Shown here piece after piece: positions 61,801 through 64,000 of a stretch of 64,000 nt of DNA. A program made the position numbers and the translations under genes. The stretch lies in assembly GCA_030141605.1 (NCBI GenBank), contig JAQGDQ010000119.1:491005-555004 (forward strand). Reading direction: 5' to 3'. The DNA comes from Tubiluchus corallicola. Lineage: Eukaryota > Animalia > Priapulida. The notes below the pieces were generated by a model. That model was given only the letters and a program-made list of their open reading frames with translations, was not told the DNA's origin and searched no databases. Each line of letters opens with the position of its first letter. The first letter of the stretch is position 1.

Positions 61801-63073
61801 ATTTGTTACTGATGGGTCAAACACTCGAGCTATTTGACTATTTTTTGCATTTGAGTGCAAAATCAGTTGTCCGATACTCTTTTATACTGTTGCCCGATTC
61901 ACACAGTATAATTTGTTGCACTTTATAAAGTTTGTATAGATGATTTTAATTCAACTGAACCTGCCAAACTTATTAAAATAATTTTTTCATTTTTGCACAA
62001 CACTTCTACTTTCTATCGACTAGAAATGTGATATCTTTGCTGTCTTGTCTGTAAATAATACAGAACTACCCACAACTAGGCCTCTTGGTAATCCCAAGTA
62101 TCAAACTTGATGCTCATCTAATTCGTAGATATTGTAATCTTAAGACTCATATATTCGTATATACAGGTAGCCATCAGTCCATGCCTGTGCGACTTACGAC
62201 TGTTCGACTTTAAGACAGGCAACTTAATTAATTAATTATACAAAATCATGATAACTCATATTGCCTTTTAAACAAATTAACTTTAAACCGCTATCTGTTT
62301 TGGTAAATAGATTGTAGGTGCCACTATACTTACTGTGCATATAGACACAACAGCTTATGTGTAAGGGCGCATCGCTTTAATTGTGGTCTTAAGTCAACGA
62401 CTTGTATAATATTATAATCATGATTTCAAGGCTCAACAAAATTAAAAAATAAATTTAAAATCTTGAAATCAATTAGATTTGATAAATACCAACAACTGCC
62501 TTAGAGGTTTTCACATTTCTAGCATTATCGGCTTCTGCCTTCTTACGTTTTGAAGTATTGTAAGCTTTTTTGAAGATGTTAAAGTTGGCGCTTTTGGGTG
62601 GCATGCTTCAAATCTTTTTTAAACGGCTTTGAAATTTGTTTTATCTACATTAAAACATGCTGTTTGTGTATATATTATATATCAACCTTCTTTTTCTTTT
62701 CTTTCATCTAATGTGGTCACAGAATTTCTAGCTTTTATATCTGCCATTTAATTAGATTTAGTATATGTAATTATGTATATCATTTATTCGCATTTTCATA
62801 ATCACAAATGCAGTAATAACAATGGCACAATAATGTCATGGAAGGAAACTGGCTACACTGCATTACATTAAAATGTAACATCAGTGTTTTGGTTGTTTTT
62901 CTGTTTTCCGCTGTTTTCAAGCCATCTTATTGTCACTTTGAAGCAACCTGTAAATTTGTTGTACAGATCCTAATGTCTAAATGTGGCGGTTTGATTTTTT
63001 GCAGTTTATACAGTTTCGTTGTGCTTATCGTCTGTATACCTTGTGCTTTCACCCTCAGCTTACCGAATGGCAG
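40827..63073 (+). CDS. TMEM120: Transmembrane protein 120 (TMEM120A/B, TACAN family), 10 coding exons; 3' end beyond the window
   Basis: Exons 40827-40901, 52316-52434, 53365-53517, 54703-54762, 56920-57012, 57832-57987, 60080-60141, 60984-61079, 61712-61776 and 63005-63073 are GT-AG with consistent phases. Motifs: [90 protein letters not shown]. Confidence 0.95.
41607..41678. repeat. 34-bp tandem duplication
   Basis: ttacatagcgctactcaaacgatgaacattaaag occurs twice in tandem. Confidence 0.9.
43036..50218 (-). CDS. Sulfotransferase-fold protein (family often annotated 'branched-chain-amino-acid aminotransferase-like', N-terminal domain only), complete, 5 exons, 272 aa, nested in TMEM120 intron 1
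   Basis: Minus-strand exons 50218-50114, 47177-47018, 44383-44222, 43948-43823 and 43301-43036 total 819 nt, GT-AG, phases 0,1,1,1. Motifs: [18 protein letters not shown] (5'-phosphosulfate-binding loop), [27 protein letters not shown] (3'-phosphate-binding motif), EAGF, VIDSEDL..HPE.I...YC...GL....MLDW. Confidence 0.9.
48035..48485. mobile_element. hAT-type MITE
   Basis: Perfect 16-bp TIR TAGTGATGGGCGATTT / AAATCGCCCATCACTA. Flanks actgaacc and atggaacc match at 6/8, a decayed 8-bp duplication. Confidence 0.85.
51590..52040. repeat. Degenerate tetranucleotide (TCAG/TTAG) low-complexity tract
   Basis: Recurrent gtcagtcagt, ttagttagttag and cagtctgtctatct motifs. Confidence 0.55.
52983..53182. 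repeat. Polypyrimidine (TTTC/TTCC) low-complexity tract
   Basis: Almost pure C/T; it produces three spurious F/L/S/P-rich ORFs. Confidence 0.9.
55650..56840 (+). mobile_element. Deleted hAT transposon with a remnant C-terminal dimerisation domain
   Basis: 56267-56485 reads [36 protein letters not shown], the ERSFS.LK..K..LRSTM motif of hAT transposases. GGCCC-rich ends lie near 55660 and 56785. Boundaries approximate. Confidence 0.75.
58293..58934. repeat. 40-bp minisatellite, about 16 copies, in TMEM120 intron 6
   Basis: Unit atgtctgc(a/c)ctgttgc(c/t)gatcttgttgaccagttctcttc, head-to-tail with no spacers and a few single-base variants. Confidence 0.97.
59096..59278. repeat. Foldback inverted repeat (about 69-bp arms, 45-bp spacer), probably a MITE
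   Basis: aaaaaaattaacaccaatggtacactaaacatcaacatttta...gatcttgcga pairs with ttgcaagatc...taaaatgttgatgtttggtgcaccatttgtgctaattttttt, with about 10 mismatches. Confidence 0.85.
59562..59910. mobile_element. hAT-type MITE
   Basis: TIR cagggctggatta / taatccagacctg, flanks cttgtgga and cttatgaa (6/8), and GGCCC subterminal motifs. Confidence 0.8.
60378..60449 (-). mobile_element. THAP-domain N-terminal remnant, probably from a deleted DNA transposon
   Basis: [24 protein letters not shown] fits the THAP start M..C.V..C.......SLF.FP and breaks off after FP. The short inverted pair tcacggcagg / cctgccgtga is nearby. Confidence 0.5.
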
Positions 63074-63229
63074 GTAAAAAACCTTTAGCATCACTGTTGT
63101 TATAATCTCATTGAAAAGGGTGCTGATTTGATGGTCGTATGGTTTTTCACCACCCTTTCTCCATTGCTACTTGTATTTTGGATGCTATCAGTTCACTATT
63201 GTGTTGAAAAAAGAGATAAATACAATCTC

Positions 63230-63237
63230 TTGCTCTT

Positions 63238-63280
<43 letters not shown>

Positions 63281-63372
63281 GTCTCTGTCTGTCTCTCTCG
63301 CTCTGTCTTTCTCTCTCTCTCTCCCTCTCTCTCCCTCCCTCCCTACCTCTCTCCGTCTCTCCATCTATCTAT
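63230..63372. repeat. (CT)n/(CTGT)n microsatellite
   Basis: Long ctctct run with variants. Confidence 0.95.
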
Positions 63373-64000
63373 CAGTTTTTTACCCATACTCAAATAGTAC
63401 AAAATCAAACAGGTCATTTTTGAGTTTTACTACCAACACGTGGAGATCCTCATGATCTTAACAGAATTAGATTTCAAGGATGAAAGGATAAATTGATGTT
63501 TATTTAATTTGCAATTATAAAAGCTGTTATAACAGTAATGCTACATTTAGGTCATTTAATACAAAGGTCATCTGTAGAAGTTATTTTAGCAAAAATTAAA
63601 CCTATTCCTCAAAAACGTGTATTGGAGTAGAGGCTTTGCAGCTGTAGTCACTGTGTTCTTATTGTTTGCCTAGTAGTCTAACACAAGATATAGTAGTTGC
63701 CACTTAATAAAACCACATCGAGACCAGCAGTAAATGGTCTTAATAACTGGCCTGTTGCAAGTGTTTGTATTAGGCAAAGTGCAGTATGTGAACACTTCAA
63801 CTTAATTAAAATTATGATAATTAAACATGGGGCACTTTTCAGCTCCCTTGCATGCCTACAGAATGTTTTGAGCATACAACAGTGATTCAAGTTCATTCAA
63901 AAACTAAAATGTATTTTAGTAGCTGTACATGCAGAGCTGTTATTATGAAACAGTTGACTTTAACTTCAGTGTGACTGACTAAGAAGAAGTGAATCTAGCA

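Overview
AT-rich animal genomic DNA with GT-AG introns, probably from a marine invertebrate; the taxon cannot be fixed from sequence alone. Manual splicing yields five protein-coding genes, most missed or fragmented by the ORF track. (1) INO80E, 5' part, minus strand, running off the left edge. (2) RPL6, complete with 4 exons, head-to-head with INO80E. (3) A complete 9-exon, 400-aa bacterial-type (fold-type III PLP) alanine racemase-family gene. (4) TMEM120, 10 exons, running off the right edge. (5) A complete 5-exon, 272-aa PAPS-dependent sulfotransferase-fold gene nested antisense in the 11.4-kb first coding intron of TMEM120. The rest is packed with decayed LINEs (one has CCCH zinc fingers in ORF1 and two other LINEs nested in it), MITEs (pogo/Tc1, Kolobok, hAT), a 40-bp minisatellite and microsatellites. 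The most interesting signal is the intron-rich, apparently intact amino-acid racemase with an altered active-site neighbourhood, about 11 kb from a second microbe-like enzyme gene. The two may form a small D-amino-acid/sulfation module (inference only).
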